Shown one piece after another: positions 11,986 to 22,326 of a DNA stretch of 42,335 nucleotides; position 1 is the stretch's first letter; each line of letters begins with the position of its first letter. The notes under the pieces are model-generated. The model worked only from the letters and a program-made list of their open reading frames with translations, made no database searches and had not been told where the DNA came from. Source of the stretch: Balamuthia mandrillaris. Lineage: Eukaryota. Location of the stretch: the NCBI GenBank assembly GCA_031835245.2, contig JAVKOQ020000004.1, forward strand, positions 496,001 to 538,335, in the 5' to 3' direction. The translations under genes and the position numbers were made by a program.

Positions 11986-12276
11986 ATGGGTAGGGAAAAA
12001 GCCTTTTAATAGAATGAATAGAAGAGATATATATACAAGGAGAGATAGGGATAGGTATTATGGGAAAGTGGTATAACAGAGTGAAAAAACATATAGGTCC
12101 AAGCCTGTTGGATAACTTCAACTAGGTTAGGGTTAGGGGCGGGTACTCAGAACCTACAGCATTCAACTCCCCATGGTCCATTCTATAAAACTCTAAGTCT
12201 ATAAGTCCAACGGATAAAGTGGGGCAAAGTAGCAATTTTTTCAATTTTCTCATAGGAATATATATATATATATAAT

Positions 12277-13016
12277 CTAACTGGATATAATCATAATATC
12301 ATCATCATCATCATCATCATCATTCTCCTTTGTTTCTTCCTCTTCATCCAAGATGGATATGACTGTAGTGGTAGTAGTAGAAGTAGGAGATGATGGGAGG
12401 GAAGCATGGTTGTCATCCGGTGTGTCAAAGTCCTCATCATGGGCCACCAAGTATTTGTCTTTTAAAGCATCAAGATTGTTGAAGAATTCTGTGAGGAGAT
12501 TGCGCCATTTGTCATAGCAATCATTGTTGGTTCGGCGTTGGGTAGGCAAGTGTTTGGCAATCTCCAACCAAGACCATCCATCACGCAAGTGCCAAGTGAC
12601 AAGTCTACGGATTTCTGGTGTCTGCCAAGCAATCCGTTGTCGATGACCATTCTTCTGATATTTGAGTCGATTGGATAACATTTGTTGTCGCTGAAGTGCT
12701 CTGTGAACTCGTTGTTGTGGTGGTGTTTTTTCTTTTGAGTTATGATTCCTTTCATCATCATCATCATCGTTTTTTTTCAGAACATCATTAGGAGAAGTAG
12801 GTAAGAATGGCTGCTCTTGATGACGAGAGGTGAGGAATGCTTTGTGAATGGGTGATCCGTTGACCAACTTGGGAAGTACAGGAGCTACAAACTCATCCAC
12901 CAGCTCATTCAAGCCACTGAAAAAACCTTGTAGAATGCCAGAGATATGTTGACAGCAAAGCTGATGATGAATATTGGGCCAACGAAGAGGAGATTTGTTT
13001 TTGGCCTCATAAGTTG
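12277..13016 (-). pseudogene. 5'-truncated intronless ORF with a Myb/SANT (telobox-like) domain
   Basis: RQRIAWQTPEIRRLVTWHLRDGWSWLEIAKHLPTQRRTNNDCYDKWRNLL has the three-Trp Myb pattern. The frame stays open upstream (TYEAKNKSPLRWPNIHHQLCCQHISGILQGFFSG) to the LTR junction with no ATG. Confidence 0.6.
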
Positions 13017-13205
13017 TGTAATTGAGTGACCCCTCATCTCATTACCCCACATAAGGAAGGAACGAACACGAACACGATAACACGAAACCACCATAAGGAC
13101 CACGATACCAATCCTTTTTATACCAACACTATCTTTATGTTTATCTCTACAGACACAGACTACAATACATACTCTTTTCCCATATACCTATTTACTCTGC
13201 TAACA
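13017..13205 (+). repeat. 5' LTR (189 bp)
   Basis: Identical to 17254-17443 except ACAC vs AAAA (2 substitutions) and one T missing at the 5' terminus. Ends in CTAACA. Confidence 0.95.
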
Positions 13206-13218
13206 GGTTATGGGCCCA
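13206..13218 (+). promoter_or_regulatory. Primer-binding site GGTTATGGGCCCA (half-tRNAiMet primer type)
   Basis: Immediately after the 5' LTR. Same motif class as Drosophila copia and yeast Ty5, which prime from the initiator-tRNA anticodon stem-loop region. Confidence 0.85.
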
Positions 13219-13269
13219 CAGTCAAACTAAAACTGCTACACTCACAATCTCCTTCAAACACACTGCACG

Positions 13270-13990
13270 ATGGACAAGTTGAAAATCAAACCGTTTGACG
13301 GACATGGATTCCAGGATTGGAAATGCCAGATGAGAACGCTCTTGAAGAGCAAGGGCGTATGGGGCTATGTTGACGGAACGATAACCATAGGAGCCAGCAG
13401 CAGCCAAAAGCAGGAAGACATCGAGTTTAATCCAGCGAATGACGCCATAGCCAGCGGTTTGATCTGTAGCTGTCTCACCCTACCACTCTTGAGACAGGTG
13501 ATGAACCTTGAAAGTGTGAAAGAACAGTGGGATAGGCTTTGCGAGAAATATGACAAGGCTGACACCACTAGAAGGACCGAGCTCCGCACCAAGCTTGCTA
13601 CAAAAATGAGGGACAATCAGGACCTCAACAAACACCTCGATAAGTTCAACAGCCTGATCGGCGAGGCAGACCTAATCTTCAGCAACGCTTCGATACCTGA
13701 GGACGAAAAGATCCACTACCTCCTAAACAGCTTACCAGAAAGCCTGGAGCACATCTCTTCTTCACTAACACTATCCTTGAAGGACAGCAGCACCTACAAG
13801 GAGATATTGGACAAACTTAGACTCGAAGCTGCCCGAAAGAAAAGCAAGTTTGATGGCAAAGGCGAATCAATCATGTATGGACGCCATAGACAACGTGGAA
13901 ACAGAAAGGACCATGGTTGTTGAGAGAAGAAAGATAAAGATATTGAGTGCTACAAGTGCCATGGATTTGGACACATAGCGAAGAAGCAGT
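13270..13990 (+). pseudogene. gag: copia gag, with premature stop and broken zinc knuckle
   Basis: FDGHGFQDWKCQMRTLLKSKGVWGYVDG...LLNSLPES. Stop TGA 13921-13923, then CYKCHGFGHIAKK lacking the last Cys, with a frameshift near 13985. Confidence 0.88.
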
Positions 13991-14023
13991 CAGAACGGTA
14001 GTAAGAAAAAGAAAGGAGAGCGA

Positions 14024-17000
14024 ATGATGAACGTGTCGCTCAAAGGAGGATCACCAACCGGAGACATAATCTTGGACTCCGGAGCATCCTGCCACATGAC
14101 GGGTAACAAAGGCCTGCTAACGGACTGTAAGCCAACAAAACCAACCAAGGTCTACTTTGCAAACGGCGAAAAGATAACCGCCACGGAAGCTGGTAACCTA
14201 CGTTATATAACAGAGACAAAGTACGGACACGAAACGTGTGTTTTCCAAGATGTACTCTACGTCGACGGATTCGACAAAACGCTAATATCCACGACGACCC
14301 TGGACCGAAGAGGAATAACCATTTCCTCATCCGGCGGAGTCACCAGACTCAAACAGGACGGAATGGTCATCGGTATCGGAATATTGGAGGAAGACGGACT
14401 ATACCACCTCCAAGGCAAACCAGAGCCGCGAAAAGAGCACGCTAATACCGCAGTGGACGAATGGCACAAACGTTTGGGCCACATCAGCATTGAAAAGCTG
14501 AAGGAACTACCGAAGATCACGAACGGAATTGATATACCCAGCGGCGCAACCCTCGCACCGTGTACTGCCTGCCTCAAGGGCAAGCAATCCCGAAACCCCG
14601 TTAGTACAGAACCAGCCACTCGAGCCACAGAGAAGCTCGAATTAGTGCACACGGACATATGCGGACCAATGCAGACCTCCATCGGAGGGTCCAGATACTT
14701 CATTACCTTCACGGACGACCTGACCAGACGAACCTGGGTCTACGGACTGGCCACGAAGGACGGTGCACTGGAACGATTCCAAGAATTCGAAGCTTTGGCC
14801 ACCAACCAAAGCGGCAAAAGGATCAAGGCACTACGAAGCGACAACGGCGGCGAATACATTAGCAAAAACTTCAGAAACCACCTACACAAGAACGGCATAC
14901 AAACCCAAACGTCTGCACCCCATACACCGGAGCAGAACGGAGTCGCTGAAAGAAAGAACAGGACGCTTATGGAGAAAGCACGATGTATGCTTCAACACGC
15001 TGACCTGGACGAGAAATATTGGGGGCCAGCCATCAACATGGCGAACTACATCACGAACCGCACCGGCACCAGCGCAGTCAACGGAATGACGCCAGAAGAA
15101 GCTTGGACTGGAAAGAAACCGTCTCTCCGACACATCCAAATCTTTGGAAGCAGACCGTGGACGCTCATACCCAGTAACGACCGAAAGAAACTAGATGCCA
15201 AAGCGAAGGAGCTCATCTACCTTGGACCCACATACCCTCTACAACCCAAAGACAAAGAGAATTACTCTTTCACGCAACGTAAAGTTCATCCAACCTGAAC
15301 GGAGCACAATGGACGACGAGAAAGAAAAACTCACCTCCATCAAAAACAAGCCTGAGCAACCGAAGAGGATGCAAACTTCAGACCTAAGCGACAAAGAGGA
15401 CTCTGACTCAAGCGAAGATGAAGAGGAGGAAGGCGAAGACAGCGAAACTAAGGCTGATGAGAACGCAGGCGAAACCAAAGGCAAGCAACCTATCAACAGC
15501 AGCGACGGAAACGGCAAAGCCATCATCGATAAGAAGACAACCAACCCTGCATTTTCATTCCTCAAAAAGCCACGAGCAGACGGGAAACGAGCTATCACGA
15601 TAACCTCGCGACTCATCGAAGAGGATCCCAAGAAGAAGAGTGCCAACCTGGTCACCTACGCGCTGATCGCAGCAATCATCGGGGAACCAAAAACCTACGA
15701 AGAAGCAATCAACGGACCAGATCGAGAGAAGTGGCTTAAGGCGATGTCAGAAGAGTTCGAAGCTCTGATGAAGAACAAAACTTGGCGACTCGTTAAACGA
15801 CCCGGAAGAGAGAGAACCATCGTCAAGAACAAATGGACATTCAGAATTAAGCGGAATGCCCACGGCGAGATCGAACGATACAAGGCCCGACTCGTTGCCA
15901 AAGGCTTCACTCAAGTGAAAGGAGTCGACTACTTCGAAGTCTATGCACCAGTCGTTCGAATGACATCGATTAGAATCATCATAGCCTTTGCGACATTCTA
16001 CGACCTAGAACTCCACCAGTTGGATATTGTCACAGCATTCCTCAACGCTACCATGAAAGAAGTCATCTACATGGAGCAACCTGTAGGATTCGTCGACCCC
16101 GAGCATCCCGACGACGTCTGCCTCTTAGAAAAGGGACTATACGGCACGAAGCAAGGAGCAAGAGAGTGGAACGGAGAATTTGATAGCACTCTCGTTGACC
16201 TTGGCTTCGAAAAAGCATCAGCCGACTGCTGCATCTACTTCAAATGGGAGAACAACAACATCATCATCATCGGACTGTACGTTGACGACCTACTGATCGC
16301 GGGAACAACCGAGAACATCAACAAGTTCAAGAACGACTTGAAGTCACACTACGACGTGAAGGACTTGGGACCAGCCCAATTCATCCTCGGAATCCAGATC
16401 AAACGCGACCGACAGAACCGACGCACAACACTACTCCAACCTACCTACATCAGCAATATGCTCGAGAAGTACAACATGCACAAAAGCAGGCCAATCGACA
16501 CCCCAACGCAAGTGGGAGTAAAGCTAACGAAGTATAGCAATTCGAGGAAGCTCGACCCCAAGGTTCCTTACCGAAACGCAATCGGAAGCTTAATGTACGC
16601 AGCCACCGGAACCAGACCCGACATAGCATTCGCCGTTAACGAGCTCGCTAGATTCACAGCTGACCCCAAAGTGGAACACTGGAAAGCCCTAAAAAGAATC
16701 TTTCGCTACCTCAACGGAACAAGAAACCACGGTATCACCTTCGACACCAACGACGCTAACGCTTCGAAACTTATTGGATACGCCGACGCCGACTACGCCA
16801 ACAACATCGACTCAAGAAGATCGACCACGGGATATGTCTTCAAATTCTGCGGAGGACCAATATCATGGCAATCGAGAAAACAGAAGACCGTCGCGCTATC
16901 TACAACCGAAGCCGAATATATGAGTATCACCGAAGCAACCAAAGAAGCTATCTGGTTAAGAAGACTGCTAGACGATATCGGAGAAACCCAAGAGGGACCT

Positions 17001-17267
17001 ACCATCATCTACGAGGACAACATTGGATGTATCGAACTGTCCAAGAACCCAGGAAACCACTCCAGAACAAAGCACATCGACATTCGACACCACAAGATCA
17101 GGGAAGAAACCAAGAAGGGTACCATCAAGCTGGAGTACATGGCCAGCGACGAGATGCCCGCCGATGTTCTGACCAAACCCCTACCGCGAGACAAACACGT
17201 CAAACTAATCACGGACATCGGAATGAGACAAGAGAATCGGGATCAAGTGGGAGTGTTAATTGAGTGA
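14024..17267 (+). pseudogene. pol: copia pol (protease, integrase, RT, RNase H) with a frameshift near 15230
   Basis: ILDSGASCHM (PR); WHKRLGH..CTAC; VHTDICGP/RSDNGGEY/PEQNGVAER (IN); YKARLVAKGF, QLDIVTAFL, LYVDDLL (RT); YADAD/STTEAEY/YEDN/ADVLTK (RNase H). The frame switches at LIYLGPT|TLYNPK. The stop lies inside the 3' LTR. Confidence 0.93.
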
Positions 17268-17443
17268 CCCCTCATCTCATTACCCCACATAAGGAAGGAA
17301 CGAACACGAACACGATAACACGAAACCACCATAAGGACCACGATACCAATCCTTTTTATACCAACACTATCTTTATGTTTATCTCTACAGAAAAAGACTA
17401 CAATACATACTCTTTTCCCATATACCTATTTACTCTGCTAACA
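17254..17443 (+). repeat. 3' LTR (190 bp)
   Basis: TGTTA...TAACA terminal inverted repeat, preceded by purine-rich AAGTGGGAG. Confidence 0.95.
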
Positions 17444-17459
17444 TGACCCATATTGGAGG

Positions 17460-17768
17460 GGCGACAACGGGGGCAACGGAAGACCTTCTTCCCTCCCAGT
17501 TTCTGGTGGATACGTCCGCATCTTCCACAGGTCTTGGAGGTGTAGTGCTCGTCCACGATCACGATGCCCCCGTTGTCGCCTGGAAGCAGACAGAGACATC
17601 CATGCTGCCAGGAACGTCCTTTTGTGTTTCCTGGCACATCAGGACATCATTGTGGCGAAAGGTAGGGAGCTGTACGGACAGAGTCCGGCAGCATTGGGTC
17701 CTACACCCGTGAATGCATCCACCCATTGTGGTGCATTTGTGCAAGATTTGCAAAATGTGCAAGTTTAA
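17460..17768. pseudogene. Fanzor/TnpB (IS607-like, Fanzor2-type) nuclease C-terminal remnant with internal inversion
   Basis: Minus strand 17460-17564 reads VIVDEHYTSKTCGRCGRIHQKLGGKKVFRCPRCR. Plus strand 17565-17768 reads CPRCRLEADRDIHAARNVLLCFLAH...QV*. Joined, these give the E.YTS-CxxC...CxxC-DRDxxAARN signature. Confidence 0.88.
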
Positions 17769-17794
17769 TGTAGGCGTGGAGGGAATCTTTCATA
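17669..17794 (+). ncRNA. Putative omegaRNA scaffold (~17669-17774) plus candidate guide (~17775-17794)
   Basis: Stem-loops at 17669-17692, 17696-17708, 17711-17738 and 17740-17752. Loop CCTAC (17700-17704) is complementary to GTAGG (17770-17774). Overlaps the 3' end of the nuclease ORF, as expected for TnpB/Fanzor omegaRNAs. Confidence 0.5.
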
Positions 17795-17882
17795 TCGAAG
17801 CTGACCCATATTGGAGGGGTTCTATCTAGACACGAAATTTATTAGAACTTTGTGGTCAGGTTTTTTTTTTGACCTCCCTCAC

Positions 17883-20127
17883 TCACTGGCTGCTGCCGCC
17901 GGTATGGGAGTCCAACCACTGCGCAACTGCATCACGATCGCGAGCAAGCCAGGCGGCGTTGCTCCTGATAGCCTCCAAGCTCTGCTTCACAGTCCTAGCG
18001 GCAGGCTCGTAAGGGTGCTCGGCAAAGAAATGCTCCACCTCTTCCGCTTTCTCCTCCGAGGTGAAGCCCTTGGTGGAGTAGCTGATCACGCGGGTGAGCA
18101 AGGTACCGCCATCGCCCAACAGCTCCATGTACTTGCTCCAGTTGTCCTGTACGAAGCGCCAGGTGATCTCGCGACCCTCCACGCTGTCGGCGGTGGAGAC
18201 GATGACGTACATAACGTCCTGCGCTCTGACCTCGTTAGTGTCCAGCGACATTCGCAACGTCCGCTGTAGTCGATCTATGTGTTACAGCGAAGATAAAGTT
18301 CAAAAGTTTTACATAAAATCGACATAGAAGGAGGAAGGCAGAAACATACCTTCATCGTGAGTGTATCCAAGAGCTCTCAACGCGCGGATCTTTTCTTCAT
18401 GGAGAGTGGCCTCTTTGTAGATTTTATAGACGCTGTCCCATTCAACAGCTCCTCCGTTGGACACCACCTGTTTGTTTCAAAAACGTTGTCAGCGTTTTCA
18501 TTATTTGCAAAGGCTCAACTGGGCAAAGGATTGCATACCGCTTTGTAGACGACACCTCGTAAGTCAGCAGGAATGGCTTTGCTATCGTTTAGGAACTTTT
18601 GGAAGCGGGTTTTGGCCTCGTTGATGGTTGCCTCATCGCCAGCATCCACCAACCTGCTCAACAGAACAGTTCTCAGGAGGGTTTGCAGATCTTCCTCTCC
18701 TTGCTTCTTATCCCTGTTGGGACAGCAAAAAAAAAAAAAAGATAAGTCAATAAAGGGGAGAGAGAGACAATGAGAAGGAAATAAGCGTACCAGCCAAGGT
18801 TGGAAGCCGCGGGGCCAATCAAGGAGCGAATGAAGGCGTTGAGCTGAGGAGCGGCAGGTTCAGCCTCCCAGACTGATGCCATTTGAGCCAAGTTAATTGA
18901 CAAATCCGACCAGATCGTGTAGTCCGTCTCATTGCCATACGCACTTGCCAATGTCAACACCTTTGAAAACAAGTCACATGAGTCATGTTGAAATTAAAAT
19001 TACATAGAAGGGAAAGGAAGAGGGACGAAGAGACCTGCGAGGTGGGGAGGTGACCAGCTTTAGCCAATGCAAAGGCGTCATTCTGGATACCTAGTCTGTC
19101 GATAGTGCCAAGACTGTGGCCATCAAGGGCCGCCAACAGTTTCTGCACCATCGCTGGCGAATACTTGACGCGGAAAAAGCCGGTGGAGTTCGCGTTGGCC
19201 TTAACCCAAGCAGCACCCTTTGCAGAGGTGACTTCGATCTCTTGTTTCGTGTCCTTGATGTCCACGCGCTCCGCCTCTTGAGATGTTGAACTATAGTGTT
19301 TTTATCAAAGAGAAGAATAGGAGAGTAATCATTTAGTTTTGTCTGCTAAGGAACAAAGAGACAGGAGAAAAAAAGAAAGGTGAACCTGATAAAACCGACA
19401 TTCATCCACCAAACGGTAGAGTTGCCCTCAACGGTCTCCCCAGAGGAGAGGAAGCGCTGCTGCTCAGTTGCATAGACGCCCGCTTTTTCAGTCTCCTCTA
19501 TAGAGAGCACAGGGTAACCGACAGCCTTGGTCCAGTTATCCATAAACTCTTTGACGGGCAAGCCAGAGCTTTCCGCAAGAGCCGCCCAAAGGTCCTTTTA
19601 AGTGGTAGGCAATTGATAACAGGTTCAGAATCGAAGGTCATAAAGAGATTTGAAGTGCAACGTACCTCAGTAACGGCATTGGCGTACTTGTGGCGCCCAA
19701 GATAGATTTGAAGACCCTTTTGGAAGCGTTCTTCTCCCAAGTAATTGGCCACCATGCGGATGACAGAAGCTCCTTTGCTGTAGCTGATGGCATCAAAGAT
19801 TTCGTTGACCTGCGCAGAGCTGGATACCTCCACTTCAATGGGATGAGAGTTCTTGAGGCCTACACATGGTTGAGTTGATATCAGTAAAAGAAACTAAAGA
19901 AAAAGGTAGAGACACACAAACCATCAAGTTCCAAGGCACGGGCAATGTAGTCAGTGACAAATTGAGTCCATATGTTCCACTCAGGGAACAATTGAGCAAC
20001 AGCTTGGTTGCCCATGAATGTAGCAAAGCCTTCATTCAGCCAAAGTTCCTTCCACCATTCCATTGTTACAAGGTTGCCGAACCACTGATGAGCCACTATA
20101 AGAGGAAAAAAGTGTCACTTTCAATTA

Positions 20128-20158
<31 letters not shown>

Positions 20159-20510
20159 GCTTCTCACGTTCATGAGCAACAACATAAGCAACGCGCTGCT
20201 TTTGGGACACCGAGGAGTTCTCGGGATCGATGAGAAGAGCTGTTTCACGATAGGTCACCAAGCCCCAGTTCCTATTGATAGAAAGGTTAGAAACAGTTGT
20301 GGTCGAAGAGGCAAGCGAATGTTGGCTCTTACTCCATAGCACCTGCAGCAAAGTCCGCAATTGCAATCATGTCTAATGTGCAAGCGCCATGTGAGTATAA
20401 AAACCAGAGGAAATTCTTCGCGATTTACTTACCCAGTTTAGGAAGAGGATACGGAATGTCAAACCAGTCGCTATAATAAGAGAGGATCTTCGCTGTTGTA
20501 AAAGTCAAGG

Positions 20511-20550
<40 letters not shown>

Positions 20551-21850
20551 GCGAGAGGGGTGGGACAAACCTCCAACATCAAGGGCGAATCTTCCTTGCT
20601 CCTTCTTTCCAACCGGAGTGTACACTCGAACAGTGACGTCTTCCTTGGTTTGCGTTTCTGTATAGTCAAACTCGCCAACAATGAAGGCAAGAAGATAAGT
20701 GGACATAATGGGAGTTTCCTGAAATGTGATGACATTCTGGCCCTTCTCGTTGGTGACCTTTGAGTCTTGAGGCATGTTGCTGAGAGCCTGCAACTCAGCG
20801 GGGATGGTGAGAGTCACCTCGAAAGTGGCTTTCACTGCGGGCTCGTCCCAACAGGGGAATGCCCTACGAGCATCTGCCAAAGTGATGTCAACAAAAGAGA
20901 GCAGAGAGAGCAGAGAGAGCAGAGAGAGAGGAGAGGTAACCAGTTGGCTCGAACTGAGTGGTGGCCATGTACTTCTCCTTGTCGCCAACCATGTACTTGG
21001 AGCGATAGAAACCCGCCATCTGATCGTTGAGAGTACCCCTAAAGTCCACTTCCAACTTGGAGGCATCCTCCTTCAATGCCTCATCAAAGGTAAACTGGCG
21101 ATGATGAATGACATATTGTCAGAGTGAGTGAAAAGATAATCGAGTGACAGTCCAGTGAACTTACAGTTACGGTCTCTTCCTTCTCATCATAAGAGATGGT
21201 GGCTGACTGTCCATCGACCTTTGCAGAGTCGATCTTGATGTCTCGAGAGTGGATGGTAAGTGTTTTGGTGGACGTGTTTACCTGCAGCAATCAAATCAAC
21301 CAAACAGTCAGTCTTTAACTTCGATGGTGGAGGGTGTACACAGCTGCACTAAAAACAGAGAAACAAAGGCACCACTGACCTTGATGTCCACAGTCTCCAA
21401 CCCATGGAAGGTAAAGTCATCAAAGTTGGGGGTGAGGTGAATGTAATACTTGAGAGGAATCACATCCTTGGGCAGCAACACTCGTGTGGTATTATTCATG
21501 CTGGGGGGGGGGGTGGAGGAACCGTGGTTCAAACCTACAAACAAGAATAGCAAGAAAACAAGCACAGCAAAGCCAATCAGCAACAGCACAGCTGGCACCA
21601 ACCGCTGTTCAGCGAAAGAAAATGGGCGTGGCTGGTCTTCTGGCGCTGGTAGTGGGAAGTCGTCTTCCCGGTCTGCTTCTCCTTCCTCTTGTTCCCGCAA
21701 GAGCTCTCTTTGGTCGTCGTCCTCCTCCCCTCCTCCAAAGACAGTCAAAGGCACGTCGTCCAGCGAGCTGTGGTTGCTGCTACCTCCTCCTCCGCTGCTG
21801 CTGCTTATGTAGCTTTCCGCTTGGTGGTGGTGGTTGCCTTTTGCCGCCAT
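17883..21850 (-). CDS. M1-family aminopeptidase (puromycin-sensitive aminopeptidase-like) with N-terminal TM anchor; multi-exon
   Basis: [91 protein letters not shown] (HEXXH split by an intron), [20 protein letters not shown]1_C-type C-terminus. Confidence 0.95.
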
Positions 21851-22326
21851 TTTTTTTTCCCCGTTGGTGCTACGCTTTTTCGCTCGAGTTTTTCCCCCCT
21901 CCTCACTTGCGCTTTTTTTGTTACCCGCCCTTGTGTTCCTCCTGTGCAAAAGTATACTGTCCCCAGTTTTTATCGACTCGAGGGCGGATGCGAGGGGGCG
22001 AGGGTGGGTTTGGATGAGTGGATGGATGGAGCGGGAAGGAGGATGGATGGGAGGATGAATTGTTTCTTGCTGTTTTGTTTTTTTTTTATTCGAGAAATTT
22101 TTATTCGTTCTCTCTCTCTCTCATGTGCAAATGAGGTCACAAAAAAAAAACATGACGGGTCCCAAAGGAGGAGGATAAGTGACAGGAATTACGATGAGAC
22201 TGGAGCCAGAGGGAAAGGATGGTTGTGGTATTGTAAGATGTTTTTTTTTGGTTTGTTTTTTTTTTAAAAAAATATTCAATATGGTCCTATCAACCAAAAA
22301 CCGCAATGGAGAGCAGGCAAGTGGCT

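Larger units (their letters stand above)
13017..17443 (+). mobile_element. Ty1/copia LTR retrotransposon (hemivirus-type PBS), full length but coding-disrupted
   Basis: Two ~190-bp LTRs, a PBS, a purine-rich tract before the 3' LTR, and gag-PR-IN-RT-RNaseH in copia order. Confidence 0.97.
17444..17819 (+). repeat. Perfect 18-bp direct repeat TGACCCATATTGGAGGGG at 17444-17461 and 17802-17819
   Basis: Both copies read directly from the sequence; they bracket the Fanzor remnant. Confidence 0.92.

Noticed and set aside
12212..12236. CGGATAAAGTGGGGCAAAGTAGCAA looked like a DNA-transposon terminal repeat
   Set aside because: No partner inverted copy or transposase in the window.
13026..13298. Twin ORFs MTPHLITPHK at 13026 and 17264
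   Set aside because: They are simply the two LTR copies.
18174..18184. Partial match of the candidate guide (GCGTGGAGGG) within the aminopeptidase gene
   Set aside because: Only ~10 nt, which can arise by chance; not evidence of targeting.
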